Positions 47,018 through 59,593 are shown, numbered from the whole stretch's first letter. The stretch: 63,109 nt of DNA, filler included, from Globobulimina sp. (GCA_003354225.1; 46 parts of 46 records of this genome joined end to end with filler, not necessarily neighbours in it), one strand, 5' to 3'. Notes: generated from the sequence alone by a model not told the origin. Numbers and translations are program-made.

Positions 47018-47827
47018 ATGGAAGAACAGTATAATAAATTAGTTGAAAAACATAGTAAATTGGTTGAAAAACATAGTAAATTGGTTGAAAAACATAATAA
47101 ATTAGTTGAAAAACATAATACATTATTTAGAAAACATATTAAATTAGTTGAAAATAATAATAAATTAAAAAAAGATTGTAATAATACAATATCTATTCCT
47201 AAAAAAATTGCTTATATTAGTCTTTTAATTCCATCAATTTTGGGAGTTATGTATAATTGTTATAGTTCTTATAAATATGAAGAATTTATAACAGATAGGC
47301 GGATTTATATTGATAATATTATTGATAATAATGATGTTGAAATACTACAATACGAAAGATTAACCAAAAACCAACAATTAAGACTATGTGATAAAGCATT
47401 TGAAATATGTGGAAATGGAATTCAACAATCTTATATAAATGAAACTTTTAATGATACTGAACATATCGGTTTTTTAATTAAAGTAAATAAAAAATATGCT
47501 GGTTTTATTTTATTCAAAAAAAAGGAAGACTATATATATTTTACGTTAATTGGATCTCATTCAGAACTTAAAAAAAATATTAAATTAGGAAATCTTTTAA
47601 TGTATAAAATGGAAATTTATGCGATTGAAAATAAAATGGAAACATTAAAAGCTGATTCAACAAATGATGCTTTAGGTTTTTATTTAAAAAGACATAATTA
47701 TATACAAAAAGGTTCCGAAAATGAATATGGATTCCCAATTAATAAAAAACTTTATAAAAAAGGATATGCACACGATTATTTTAAAATTATTGAAAGTAAA
47801 ATTAAAAATATAGAATATCCATTTTAA
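47018..47827 (+). CDS. GNAT acetyltransferase-like protein with N-terminal heptad repeats and one TM segment, probably giant-virus
   Basis: KLVEKH(S/N) 21-bp repeats; YAGFILF...IYFTLIGS...LGNLLM...ALGFYLK. Confidence 0.65.
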   Translation: MEEQYNKLVEKHSKLVEKHSKLVEKHNKLVEKHNTLFRKHIKLVENNNKLKKDCNNTISIPKKIAYISLLIPSILGVMYNCYSSYKYEEFITDRRIYIDNIIDNNDVEILQYERLTKNQQLRLCDKAFEICGNGIQQSYINETFNDTEHIGFLIKVNKKYAGFILFKKKEDYIYFTLIGSHSELKKNIKLGNLLMYKMEIYAIENKMETLKADSTNDALGFYLKRHNYIQKGSENEYGFPINKKLYKKGYAHDYFKIIESKIKNIEYPF

Positions 47828-47894
47828 AATTGGAATAGTAATTATTTACGATTTCGCCCTGTCCGGCGGAGCCACGGAGTACATAAACTTTCTT

Positions 47895-47902
47895 AAAATT
47901 GA
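47895..47902 (+). promoter_or_regulatory. AAAATTGA, second early-promoter-like motif
   Basis: 44 nt upstream of ATG 47947, which starts an ORF running off the contig. Confidence 0.55.
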
Positions 47903-48285
47903 TTTTTATTTTATATATAATCTTATCCATAATTATCCAAATTACTATGTCTTTTAGTTTAACAATCAGTAACTCACATATATTTACATTGATATTAACA
48001 ATGNNNNNNNNNNNNNNNNNNNNNNNNNNNNNNNNNNNNNNNNNNNNTTAATTAATTAANNNNNNNNNNNNNNNNNNNNNNNNNNNNNNNNNNNNNNNNN
48101 NNNTAGAAGTGACTGTAAAAGTGACATGCTTTCAAATGTTAAGCCTCCGAACTTAAATGGCAGTAGTCAATTGGTTGCTAGTGTGCAGTGCGAGCGATTT
48201 GTTAATTTGGTACAGAGACATAACAACAAAATGATAACAACCACAAACAATGAAAGGAATGGCATGTTCAAAAGTTTAGGCGTAA

Positions 48286-49323
48286 TTATTTATAATTATA
48301 AGTTTTTGTTATTATTTTCCATTTAATTTGAGGAATAAATATCATTCTAAATACTCTTTGTTTGCATACATTGTTTATTTTACACGAACTTAAAGGAATA
48401 TCCATATTTGATATATTTTGATCGCGAACAAATTTGCCACTCTGCCCACTCATAAATTGTATAATTTTCTCTCTTCCCTCACTTGTCAATTCACCGCAAT
48501 TCAGATATAGAAACTTATGATTATGCAAATGTTGCGGTATGCCCAAAGATGCCAATTTCACTGATAATTCATTTGTGTTTTCCAGTCTGGCCTTTTTTGC
48601 AGAATTTGGATTATTCGAATTATTGAAATGTGCCACGGCCGCTCGCTTACGTAACAATTTCAATTCTTTCTCTGTTTCTACGTAATGTGATTGCAACATT
48701 GTACAATTTGACTGACAAATTGTTAGCTCCTCTTGAATTAATGTTATTTTATCCTGATGTCGTTGCAAATCGCTATTACATTGCTGTTGCAGTGTTTCGT
48801 ACTTCTTTGAGATGACTGTACATTTTTGTGTGGATTGCTGCAGTTCTTGCAATAATTTATTATATTCATCTTGCAACTGTTTATATTGTACATTGGATCG
48901 TGATAATTGTGATTGCAACTCGTTTTGTGGTGTGACTGTGACAGTGACTGCTGTGTTATTTGTTGACTGTTTTATAATGCCCATTGGATGTACGTTTAAT
49001 ATGTGGCTATTTTTAATCCGTTTAAAATGTATACCGTTTTGTAAACAATGCGCTTTGAGTTTGGCATAATTAAAATCTGTGCAGGGCTTATTTGAGGTAA
49101 AGTGTCCTTTCAACTTTGTATCAACAACGCAAATATTGCAAGTTATGCCAGTTTCACTCCATCGCAAACAATTAAACAACAATGTATCGTAATCTTTGCA
49201 TAATTTGGAAATGATTGAAAGGAATTTATCATAGTTTTGCCAGCTACGCTTTCTTTTCTTTGGTGATGGAGGAACACCAACTACATTGGTATTATGATTG
49301 TGATTATTTGATTCTGCCGACAT
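48286..49323 (-). CDS. Nuclear coiled-coil protein with a possible CxxC...H...H zinc finger
   Basis: SPKKRKR NLS; CNIC...LKAHCLQNGIH; Q/L heptads. Confidence 0.45.
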   Translation of the reverse strand: MSAESNNHNHNTNVVGVPPSPKKRKRSWQNYDKFLSIISKLCKDYDTLLFNCLRWSETGITCNICVVDTKLKGHFTSNKPCTDFNYAKLKAHCLQNGIHFKRIKNSHILNVHPMGIIKQSTNNTAVTVTVTPQNELQSQLSRSNVQYKQLQDEYNKLLQELQQSTQKCTVISKKYETLQQQCNSDLQRHQDKITLIQEELTICQSNCTMLQSHYVETEKELKLLRKRAAVAHFNNSNNPNSAKKARLENTNELSVKLASLGIPQHLHNHKFLYLNCGELTSEGREKIIQFMSGQSGKFVRDQNISNMDIPLSSCKINNVCKQRVFRMIFIPQIKWKIITKTYNYK

Positions 49324-49712
49324 GTCGGAAATAGCACAGATTTGGATTTCTACAAATATTTTATTATTATCCAGGATNNNNNNNNNNNNNNNNNNNNNNN
49401 NNNNNNNNNNNNNNNNNNNNNTTAATTAATTAANNNNNNNNNNNNNNNNNNNNNNNNNNNNNNNNNNNNNNNNNNNNATGAATTTCGTAATTTAAAATAA
49501 ACATTGAATGACACAAAACCAATGGTTATAAAACGAAAGACTTTGGAATATCGCCATATCTTTAAAGCAGTGGTTTGCAATTTAATGTAATATTCTTTTG
49601 CTGACTCCATTGTTATTGAAATTTAAAGTTTTTGTGAGTAATGATGTCAGCATTTGAGAAAGCAAAGAAAGTATGAAATAACCAACCCATTTGGTCTCAT
49701 AAATGCACTGTT

Positions 49713-50476
49713 TTGCTGCTCTACGGATATATACGCACATTGGCACCGGAATTCATCGATATATCATTATACTATTCAATTTGTTATGCATTTTATCGTA
49801 CTTTCCTCCCATCATTCAAACTTCACCGCAATGGATTACACCGATTATCTATAAATAAAATCAATGGCAAAATAACATCATCCAATCCTTTAATGCTAGT
49901 TCCAATGTATGGCCATGGTATCTTCGATGCTTTGGATCCTGTGGCAGTATCATATGAGCCTTGGACCAGAATCCTCCATTACAACACAAACAAAACATTC
50001 ATTCATAAATTTGAAATACGTGACATTGGCCATAATTTGATATTTTCCATTGGTATTATTTCGTCGATTCAATTACAATCTGCTCCAGAAACATATGAAC
50101 CAAATTCATATTTATCAAACTCACTCATTTCGATAGAAGGGACCGCTATGTCTATGGCAAAACGTTTCTGTGTCATCAAGATCGACTATCCGACGGCTAT
50201 GGTGACGTTGACATGCGGTCGAAGTGGAAATATGTAAATATTGAGGAAGATTGGTGCCATATTGGTCATAAATTGGGTGTTGCTGTAAATTGTAGAGAAT
50301 GGAAATTATATTTGTACTGCAATGACAAACAGATAAATTGTATACAGTTGGATGAAAATGAGGTATATTATCCCATATTTTTTATTTATACACAAAAAAA
50401 AACATTGTCAAATATTGCACTGATTTGCATGTGGATGACGGTGTTGATTGTAATTTATTCAATGAAAATATTTTGA
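49713..50476 (+). pseudogene. Frameshifted SPRY/B30.2-like hypothetical gene
   Basis: FSIGII and IGHKLGVAVNC..WKLYLYCND...YYP lie in different frames. Confidence 0.45.
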
Positions 50477-50677
50477 AACCACGGTGTTGATTGTAATTTA
50501 TTCACATTGTTGATGAAAATGAGTGTTGATGAAAATGAGGTATATTATCCCTTATTTTTTATTTATACGCAAAAAAAAACATTGTCAAATATTGCAAATA
50601 TTGCAAATATTGCACTGATTTGCATGTGGATGAATGTGTTGATTATAATTTATCCAATGAATATATTTTGAAACCAC
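50351..50677 (+). repeat. Imperfect ~130-bp direct duplication (50351-50482 and 50528-50677)
   Basis: GATGAAAATGAGGTATATTATCCC...TTTTGAAACCAC twice; AAATATTGC is tripled in copy 2. Confidence 0.85.
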
Positions 50678-51053
50678 TGCCACGGAAATCTTATAAACTG
50701 GCACTGAATTTGCATATTATTGATAAGCCAGAGACTATGTTTCAGCTGTTANNNNNNNNNNNNNNNNNNNNNNNNNNNNNNNNNNNNNNNNNNNNTTAAT
50801 TAATTAANNNNNNNNNNNNNNNNNNNNNNNNNNNNNNNNNNNNNNNNNNNNCAACGACCCTCAATTTAAAAAAGTTAGTAATAAATACAACAAAGATGAT
50901 AAAATAGTATCACAATTTGATGATGAAGAGTATTTAAAAGGAATTGATATTCCGCAAACTAACAAAGTTAAAGGATACAAATATTTAACCATCGATAATT
51001 CAGAATTAATATTTGATGAATATGACGAATATGTATTTGGAGGAACCAGTGGT

Positions 51054-52067
51054 TTGTCAACAAAAATATTAAAATTATTTAAAAATAGTGGAATGATTTC
51101 AAAATCATTCAATCAAATTCATGGAATTTGCGCATTAAATTTAAGGTCTACGATGAATACATATTATTTAATTAAATCAATTTTAAATGTCCATCCAAAT
51201 AATATTAAATCTCTCCATATTCATAATACAAAACAATTAAATATTCATTGTAAAAATGTTGAGGAATTATGTTTAGATATTAATGTAGCTGGAAATGCAA
51301 AAGAATTTGATTATTTTAGTAAATTACAAAGAGTACACATTATTATTTCGCATGTTCTCAAAAGGAATATTAAAAGGAATATTCTCAAACTATTTAATTT
51401 AAATTTATCATTGAAATATTTAGGAATTAATTTAGTTATTCATGGAAATGAATATAAGTTGGAAAGTCTTATAAAAATATTGCAAAATGTATTTGACGAT
51501 ATTGATAATAAAAAAAGAAATGAATTAAAAATAAGAATAAATGTTGTTTATAACAAATCCGTTGGTTATCAGACAGTTACTTTATGTTATGATGAAATAC
51601 AAAAATTATTGTTAAAAATGGAAGACATATCCAACAGAAATTGTATGTTGTTATTTAATCTTAAAATTTTTAATGCGAGAGGTATAATATCTTTATCCCA
51701 CATTTCATTGCAACAAGCACATAAATTGAAGGTGAATGATGAAATATATTTTAAAAATGATAATGGTGAATTTGAAGAAGCAACAATCATTCAAAAAACT
51801 GAAACAAATTTAAAAGTAAAACATGGATATTATCCTGTTAAATATAAATGGATTGATTATACAAAAGAATCTTTGAGTAAAAGAGGGTTATTTACAGATG
51901 AAACTTATGAATGGTTTGGGGGTCATAATCATATTTCATATTCATTTGCTTTATCAAGTTCAAATTGTAAAATGAACGGATATGTTGAACATTGGAATCT
52001 AAACTGCAAAATATGTGATTCAAAACAATTGTTAATATATGGACATCAAACCTCAAATACTAGCTGA
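51054..52067 (+). CDS. Hypothetical LRR-like protein with a Tudor/MBT-like segment, 5' partial
   Basis: VEELCL and LKYLGI strands; LKVNDEIYFK...EATII...LKVKH...W. Confidence 0.4.
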   Translation: MSTKILKLFKNSGMISKSFNQIHGICALNLRSTMNTYYLIKSILNVHPNNIKSLHIHNTKQLNIHCKNVEELCLDINVAGNAKEFDYFSKLQRVHIIISHVLKRNIKRNILKLFNLNLSLKYLGINLVIHGNEYKLESLIKILQNVFDDIDNKKRNELKIRINVVYNKSVGYQTVTLCYDEIQKLLLKMEDISNRNCMLLFNLKIFNARGIISLSHISLQQAHKLKVNDEIYFKNDNGEFEEATIIQKTETNLKVKHGYYPVKYKWIDYTKESLSKRGLFTDETYEWFGGHNHISYSFALSSSNCKMNGYVEHWNLNCKICDSKQLLIYGHQTSNTS

Positions 52068-55000
52068 AGAATCTGGTAAATGCGGGTTGTTAGATTGAAA
52101 ACAGCTTTGTGGTGGATTACAAACCNNNNNNNNNNNNNNNNNNNNNNNNNNNNNNNNNNNNNNNNNNNNTTAATTAATTAANNNNNNNNNNNNNNNNNNN
52201 NNNNNNNNNNNNNNNNNNNNNNNNNTAAAATTGTAATTCTTTATGTTAATTTGGTTGTTCTTCTAAAATGACAGAAAAGGAAAAAAAACAGAAAAAATAT
52301 TAAAATTAGAAAAAAAGAGTTCCTGGAAAATAACAAAAAAAATATTAATTATGTAATTTCTGGCTATATGCCATGTACCAAGTGCATAACTATTATATCT
52401 CAGAATATCTCTAAATTTTGTTGTTTTGTATTCTTCCATAAATCTTGTTTTCTACTTTTGATATTGTTATGATGTTCACTCATAACTATGTATTGTGTAT
52501 TACGGTCTGAATGTGGATGAATTTCGTATGAATGATGTATGAATGTGAATTTGAATAATTTATTTTCAATGGTTTGTTTATCGGTGTCTGTGATATGTGC
52601 ACAGTTTATTTTATGGTTTATATTCTGTAATTAACACCTATGTTCATACAAATGTCTCCATATGTGTTTGTTGTTGTTTGCTTGCAGGTTTTCTCCAGTT
52701 ATACCAATTTTGCTAATATTGTGTTTGAGTTTTTGTTTTGCATTTGTATGTTATTTGTTTGTTGTGTGTTATTGTGTTTTCATTTCTTTCTTTTAATGGA
52801 TTTCTTCCATTAGTACATGATGTGCCTTTACTTGCTTATGAAGGTCAAATGCACATCAGTGTGGGAGTTCATGACACTCCATGCTCAACGCACTGCATCA
52901 GTAAGTCAAAGCTTCAATGCTTACTTCTATGCAATTAACTGGCTATGAGCCATACGCCGATTTTATACTTTCTAATTTACATACTGTACTTGTTTGCCCA
53001 CGGTTCAGTTGGACTGTATAGCTTCTATTGCTATTGTTCTGTTGCTCACAGCTTTCTGTGATTGAATGCATAGCATACGTTGCTACTGTATGTTGCCCAC
53101 ATTTCTTTTGTAATAATGATGGTCACATCACATCACGCCTGACATTACTAAACGTGATTTAGTAATGCAAAGGTGCATATTTCAGTATGAGTATTTAATA
53201 TAATACTTTATACTGTGGATCTATCTCGATAGACCTGGCAATTAGCCGTCCGCCGATTTTACTTATAATTATTTTGTCATTGTTTTGTTCGCTGTGGACA
53301 GCTCAAGCTCGGAAGAAGAGTGTAGTGTAATTAATTAGTCATTGTTTTTAACAATTGTATTGTTATGTATACTATGTTATATTTGTATGATGTTAAGGTG
53401 TCAATAAACGTTCAATGACGCATGTAGCTTTGCCTCCGCTTTATAGCTGACATACATTGATCTTTTAATAGCCAATGTTGAAACATAGGAAAGTATATNN
53501 NNNNNNNNNNNNNNNNNNNNNNNNNNNNNNNNNNNNNNNNNNTTAATTAATTAANNNNNNNNNNNNNNNNNNNNNNNNNNNNNNNNNNNNNNNNNNNNTT
53601 AAGTTTGGTACAGCCACCGGCGGCGGTTCCAGTAGCAGTGGGAAGTGGCAGTGGTACGCATGCGGCACAGCAGCAGAGATATGATTATTATGCGCAATAT
53701 CTGCCACCGAATGCAGGCTCGCAAGTGGAGAGTTGCGCGAAGAAGGAGGCGAAGAGCGTGGTTTTAGCGGCTCCCACCAAACCTATTCAGAGCGGGACGC
53801 ACATCCAACAAACACAACCGGTGCCGGCATCGTATGGCCCATCGAGAGGGAGTAAAGCAACAAACAGTGCACAAGGCGCGAGATATAGTGCTTATTAAAT
53901 TAAATGTATATTTAGAATGTTTTTTTTTTTAAAGATATTTATTGTTCTCATTCTCATTGTACTTTTTAACGTAAAAATTTGACTTTTTGAAAGGAAATTG
54001 CTTCTCAGACTTGCTTTTGGTATTTTTGTAGCAATATACAACTCTCAATGTATTTAGAAACTCATTTAAAGATTTTTCTAGTATTAGGTTGTCGAAAGGA
54101 ATGAGTTCACATTCATCGTAAACTCGCCACTGCCTCATACCGCATAACACGCACACTCTGAGTCTGAACAAAAAAGCCAGACAACATAGTGGGTGCCGCA
54201 CAGCAAAAATATGCCAGCACAGTGCGCTTCGATTTGGGCCCTGAATTAAAGCATCAAATCGCTTGCAATGAAATTGAAAAAGAAACGAATGCTGTCAATG
54301 GATAATATTGCTGCCATCCAAGACAATGAAAACCCGACCACACAAAGCATATTGGTGCCATTGATACAATTGGATCAACGCTTGAGCGGCATCGAAAACT
54401 GCGTGACTTTTCTGCAAAATGTACTGTTTGTTACTGTGATCGATGGCGTGAAAACTGTGATCGATGGCGCATTGAGCATTTATCAGACATTGCTGGGTTA
54501 AATTTGCTTTTTTTGCCCGTCGAATTCTGGTATTCTGAGGTTGGGCTATACCGAGTCATGGACAGTGCGAGTGGGGCATTGCTGGGCCATTTGATTTCTT
54601 TTTGGATTTGCATCCTCGGCCAGGCAAATATGGCCATGCCGGGCCTGCAAAATAACTCTGCAAACTGGCTGCAGAATGTACGATGATTTGGGCGAGGAAG
54701 TTGGCAGACAGTTACCTGTAAATGTTATGTTGTGACCTTTTTCCTTTCCATGAATTTGGACATGTCAGCACCAAATATGTGGACAGCCATTGCTTTCCCG
54801 CTTTGCCGGCACGGCGGTGGAGAGAGATTTTGTGGAGAATTGGTGCTGGAAAAGCAAACCTTTGAATTTAANNNNNNNNNNNNNNNNNNNNNNNNNNNNN
54901 NNNNNNNNNNNNNNNTTAATTAATTAANNNNNNNNNNNNNNNNNNNNNNNNNNNNNNNNNNNNNNNNNNNNGTACTATTTGCTTATATTATTATTACTTT

Positions 55001-55075
55001 TATTTCAGTCCAGCCATTGGTCAATGCTCATCTGATGATCCATCGGTCACCAAGGAATCAATAGATCAGCCACCT

Positions 55076-56145
55076 ATGGAAAAAACTGGTTTTGCTCCTC
55101 CTCCTCCAACTCCTAAATGTGGAGTGCCACCAACCGGAACTGGCGTGACTACTCCTCAATTTGTGCCGCCTGCGCCTCCTCCCCAAAATGTTGACATTAT
55201 GGCAGCACAACAAAACATGCTTTTAACTCAAATGCTGCAGTCATTGTTGGCCACTCAAATTCAAAGTCCACAGGTAATCATTGTGGCACATTGTGCTGAC
55301 ATTGTGCTGTCACAAACGAAATTATGTCAGTATTCGAAAATTATCGCTGCATGGTGACTGGCGAATGGACGGAAACTGTACATAGTTACTGTGCTGTTGT
55401 ATTATGCTGTCAAATTTTTACACTTTTTTTGCTAACAAACCATGGGCGTGCATAAAGCGCATAAAGTGCATTTTTGCAGGGCATGCATAAAGCATAAGTG
55501 CATTTTTACAGGGCGTGCATAAAGCATGGTATTGGCAGCAAAAAAAGTACCGCTGAATACACAGGTGTGTACTCCTTAGTTTTTTTGCTTAATTTTAGCG
55601 ACAAGCATCGGCTACTGAAAGGGCTGATAGTATTTCATCTGAAGAACAGAGATCCCTGGATGCAGCACGTGCCGAAATCACTAAAGAAAAGGAAAGTTTG
55701 GCCCGCGAGTGGCAAACAATGAAATCGGAAAAAGAAAAGATGTATGATGAAAAGCAGGTGTGGGTAACGGAAAGGGCCAAATTGGACGCGGAACTGAGAG
55801 ATGAACGAAGAAAAATCGAAGAAGAGAGGAGAAAAGGAGCAACCGAAGCTGCAAACGAACATTTTGTTTATGTACAACAAAAGAAAGAACTTAAGGATTA
55901 TTTGGCTGAGCTGCGCCAACAGAAAGCTACCGTTGACAAGGATTTTAATGATATTAAATCATTGATAGCCCAAGCCAAACTTGCCCCTCAGCCCTCCTCA
56001 ACCCAACCAATACAATTTGAACAAACACAACCAGGGGTTTTTCTTCAGGACGGCAATGGTATTTTTAATTTCTTGCAAATGCCCATGACTGTTACCACAG
56101 AATCTACCCAACCAACAACAGAGTCGTCAACAGTGATAATCGCAG
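55076..56145 (+). CDS. Spliced Pro-rich/coiled-coil hypothetical protein (intron about 55273-55598)
   Basis: CAG|GTAATC donor, TTTTAG acceptor, charged coiled-coil exon. Confidence 0.45.
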
Positions 56146-56344
56146 GTACCATACTATTAAGATTATAGGTGTGGTTGGTCAGGTGTAACCTGCATGAGAC
56201 CCAAGCAGATTGGCCATTGGGTGGCGGGCAAAGTGAAAAAATCGNNNNNNNNNNNNNNNNNNNNNNNNNNNNNNNNNNNNNNNNNNNNTTAATTAATTAA
56301 NNNNNNNNNNNNNNNNNNNNNNNNNNNNNNNNNNNNNNNNNNNN

Positions 56345-57203
56345 TTCCATTTCCTTGCATTATTTGCTCCATATAATATTCCATATTATTTAGCATTGAT
56401 AGCGAAAGATTATAGCTCCACATTTGGGAAAAACTCTCCCTTCGGAATATTGTAAAATGAGTATTGAGAAAGTTGTTGATCATAATATGATAATTATAAT
56501 GTTCATATTTCAAAGCATCATCAATTAATTGATGGATATTTTCTATATTCTCCGCCCATTTGTAATAGAGATGAATGGTAATATTATGCTTTCTAAAATA
56601 TATCATGGATTTTGAGTTTTGTGTTAAATTATTTGTGTGAGCTCCGTCGAAATCTGTATCATACAATATTTTGTTAACTAAATATTCTCGATGATTGAGG
56701 ATATTTTCTTCACACTCGCCCAAAACCAATGAGGTGTTATCATTTTGTAAATGGTCACAAAAATGCTTACATTTGCATTTGTTTATTTTGCCGTCAACAC
56801 AAAAATGAATCACATGAATGATATAAGAGGTTAAATAATAAGTTAATGAATCACCAAACAAAACAACCACTTTATTGGATAATGCTTTTATTATTAATTC
56901 TTTTGAAATGGTTTTAAATAAAACGCCGTTAATCCGTGTCTCCATATTTTGTTTAATATTATTGTGTTCATAATTCAATTTCGCAATAAATTCAACATAA
57001 TCGTTTAAAGTTGATTGAAGGGGATTGGTAGGCGGTATATTAATAGCGGCATTAAAATGAACTACATGTTTTGCAGTGGGATGGATATCCGCATAATTCA
57101 AATTGTATGTAAAGTAAAGTAGAAATGACAAAGTTTGAAATGCAATCAAAGATAATATGAAAATCAAACACCACTGTCTGCGACTTAAAAGACGTTTGGA
57201 CAT
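56345..57203 (-). CDS. Type II membrane SGNH/PC-esterase-like protein, 3' partial
   Basis: N-terminal signal anchor; LSNKVVVLFGDSL (GDS motif). Confidence 0.6.
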
Positions 57204-57366
57204 TCAATTCACAGCAGTTGCGTGTTCTTAATTCGAAAAAGTTTTTAAGTGTGACCTTGCACTTTGGTCATCTGTCCAATTGTTCCTCCAAACCCAACAA
57301 ACATCAGACAAACACCAAACCGTCCATCAATATCTTCAACTACCAATAGATCAGAGCGCTTCTACA

Positions 57367-57617
57367 ATGTTACTGTTTATTTTTATAGTGTGTGCTGTGA
57401 ACATCGCCATTGCAATTAATCCCAAACCCAACATTGTATTGATTATGATGGACGATCTTGGATTCGTTGAACATCGGTATAACGGAGGAATTTATAATAC
57501 ACCAACACTGAACGAATTAGCAACGAACGGGAAAAGAATAAATTATCACTTTGCGAATCCGATATGTTCTGCTTCGCGCACTTCCTTATTAACGGGTCGC
57601 TATTCATGGGAGATAAT
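57367..57617 (+). CDS. Secreted sulfatase, N-terminus
   Basis: Signal peptide, KPNIVLIMMDDLGF, TPTLNELA, CSASRTSLLTGRY. Confidence 0.88.
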
Positions 57618-57913
57618 NNNNNNNNNNNNNNNNNNNNNNNNNNNNNNNNNNNNNNNNNNNNTTAATTAATTAANNNNNNNNNNNNNNNNNNNNNNNNNNN
57701 NNNNNNNNNNNNNNNNNGAACAGAAAATGTGCTCTGTATCAAACGCAGAAGGCGGGAAGGTGACGAAAGGATGCTTTGGACTTAGTGACTTCAAAAAAAC
57801 TAGTAAGGTTTGGTTTTAAAATGCAAGTCTTCATATATTATATATAGATATTTTTTAAACTTAAATTAAATAATGATTGCATTAAATATTAAAAAAATAC
57901 AAAACATGCACAA

Positions 57914-58990
57914 TCAAAAAAATGGAAATGAGATGAGAAACATGTGTGTTGTACGTGTCATTTCTCGGACAAAAATTGGATTTAATTTCTGAAATTCTCT
58001 TTGCATGATCGGATTAATAATTCTTTGATCATCAAATCTAATGTGGTCACCAGCAAATTGATTTGTTAACAAATCTTTATTTACCAATTCTCCGCTTATT
58101 ACAACTTTTAATGTATTACTGTCATAATCGTTTTCTTCAATATCCTCATCACCACTTTCTTCATCAGAATCTAATGATATTTTACATATTGGTAAACTTG
58201 CTTCTTTTTTTAAACTCAAACTTGGTGATAATTGTAATGATTTCAATGAATTAAAACGTGGACTGACATTCACGTTTTGTAAACGCGGAGATAACAATGG
58301 CGTATTTACTGCACTTTGAAATAACCATGGTTTATTTGCTTCGATTTGATCCAAACACTCATCAATTTCTTTAAATAAAGGGGTTGCGACCACCAATTGT
58401 TTCAATGAGCAAATATTTTGCAATTTTTCAATCAGCAAACAATCGTAAATTGTTGTCGCAACTTCCCATATTTTGTTACATTGCGATAGGTCCAAATCGC
58501 CATCATTACTTTTCCAAATTATTGACAATAAATTGGAAGGTAATGATATTGTGCCATCCCATGAAGAGGTCGTGATTGATATATGTATCACATTCGGACA
58601 TAAAGCCAATAATTGCTGGAAAGAATGATTTGTAAATCTACAATTACATATTTGCAGAAATTTAATATTTGAACATATCGATACAAAACAGGATGGACTG
58701 TGGAATGAACACGATGTAAATTCTAAGGCTATAATATTCGCAGCAATCTGCAATGTGCTCTCAGCGTCGACATCAATATTTTGATAAGCTACGTATGATA
58801 ATCTCCTCATTTGTTTGAACACATTCGGATGAATGGAATCAAAGTTTATTTTGCGAATATTCAAAAAACATAAAGACAACAACATTGGCGATATTCTGGA
58901 TAATATCTGATTTAATCGATCCAGTCCGATTTCAGAAACTCGAATAAGAGCTCCACCACAATGTTTGCTGTATAATTTAAATAAGGAAAT
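57914..58990 (-). CDS. Leucine-rich-repeat (F-box/LRR-like) protein, 5' partial
   Basis: CSNIKFLQICNC, CPNVIHISI, LDLSQC, CSLKQLVV. Confidence 0.5.
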   Translation of the reverse strand: MSLFKLYSKHCGGALIRVSEIGLDRLNQILSRISPMLLSLCFLNIRKINFDSIHPNVFKQMRRLSYVAYQNIDVDAESTLQIAANIIALEFTSCSFHSPSCFVSICSNIKFLQICNCRFTNHSFQQLLALCPNVIHISITTSSWDGTISLPSNLLSIIWKSNDGDLDLSQCNKIWEVATTIYDCLLIEKLQNICSLKQLVVATPLFKEIDECLDQIEANKPWLFQSAVNTPLLSPRLQNVNVSPRFNSLKSLQLSPSLSLKKEASLPICKISLDSDEESGDEDIEENDYDSNTLKVVISGELVNKDLLTNQFAGDHIRFDDQRIINPIMQREFQKLNPIFVREMTRTTHMFLISFPFF

Positions 58991-59090
58991 NNNNNNNNNN
59001 NNNNNNNNNNNNNNNNNNNNNNNNNNNNNNNNNNTTAATTAATTAANNNNNNNNNNNNNNNNNNNNNNNNNNNNNNNNNNNNNNNNNNNN

Positions 59091-59535
59091 ATCTGTTGTT
59101 ATTTTTAGCTCTCATATATTGTCTACGAAATGAAGTATCTGTTATTAAATCAGCCGCTGTTTTGCCATTGTTGTTGGTCACTGTATCATCAATATCACAG
59201 TTAAACAATTCGCCGATTATTTGCATATCTTTGTTAATGACTGCTAAATGCAAACAAGTATAACCGTCATAGCCGCACAATGCATTGATATGGCCTCCAT
59301 GTTTTAGTAAATATTGAAATAAATCAAAAGCTTTTCTTTTAACTGCTATATGTATTGCAATATAGCCTGTTTTGGTTACTATTGAATTAATTATTTCTGG
59401 TTCTTGTTGGTGCAGCATTTTAACACCTGACAGACTTAAATTATTCACTGCATTCGCCCAAATGTCATGTCGTACTTCGTACATTATTACTTTGTGGCCT
59501 TCATCACGGTTACAACCACACGCTGAATTGCCCAT
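59091..59535 (-). CDS. Ankyrin-repeat protein with predicted N-myristoyl/palmitoyl start, 3' partial
   Basis: MGNSACGC; GYIAIHIAV, GYTCLHLAV, GKTAADL. Confidence 0.85.
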
Positions 59536-59593
59536 TATAGCAGTGAGTAGTTTTTAATCTCAAGTTTTTTTTTTAATTTTGCCTCCGCTCACA

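Noticed and set aside
53143-53167. 10-bp hairpin CATTACTAAA-CGTGA-TTTAGTAATG
   Set aside because: AT-rich, single copy, and no associated gene or element end
55440-55530. Short tandem GCATAAAGC/GTGCATTTTT repeats
   Set aside because: Intronic minisatellite-like duplication with no unique spacers; not CRISPR
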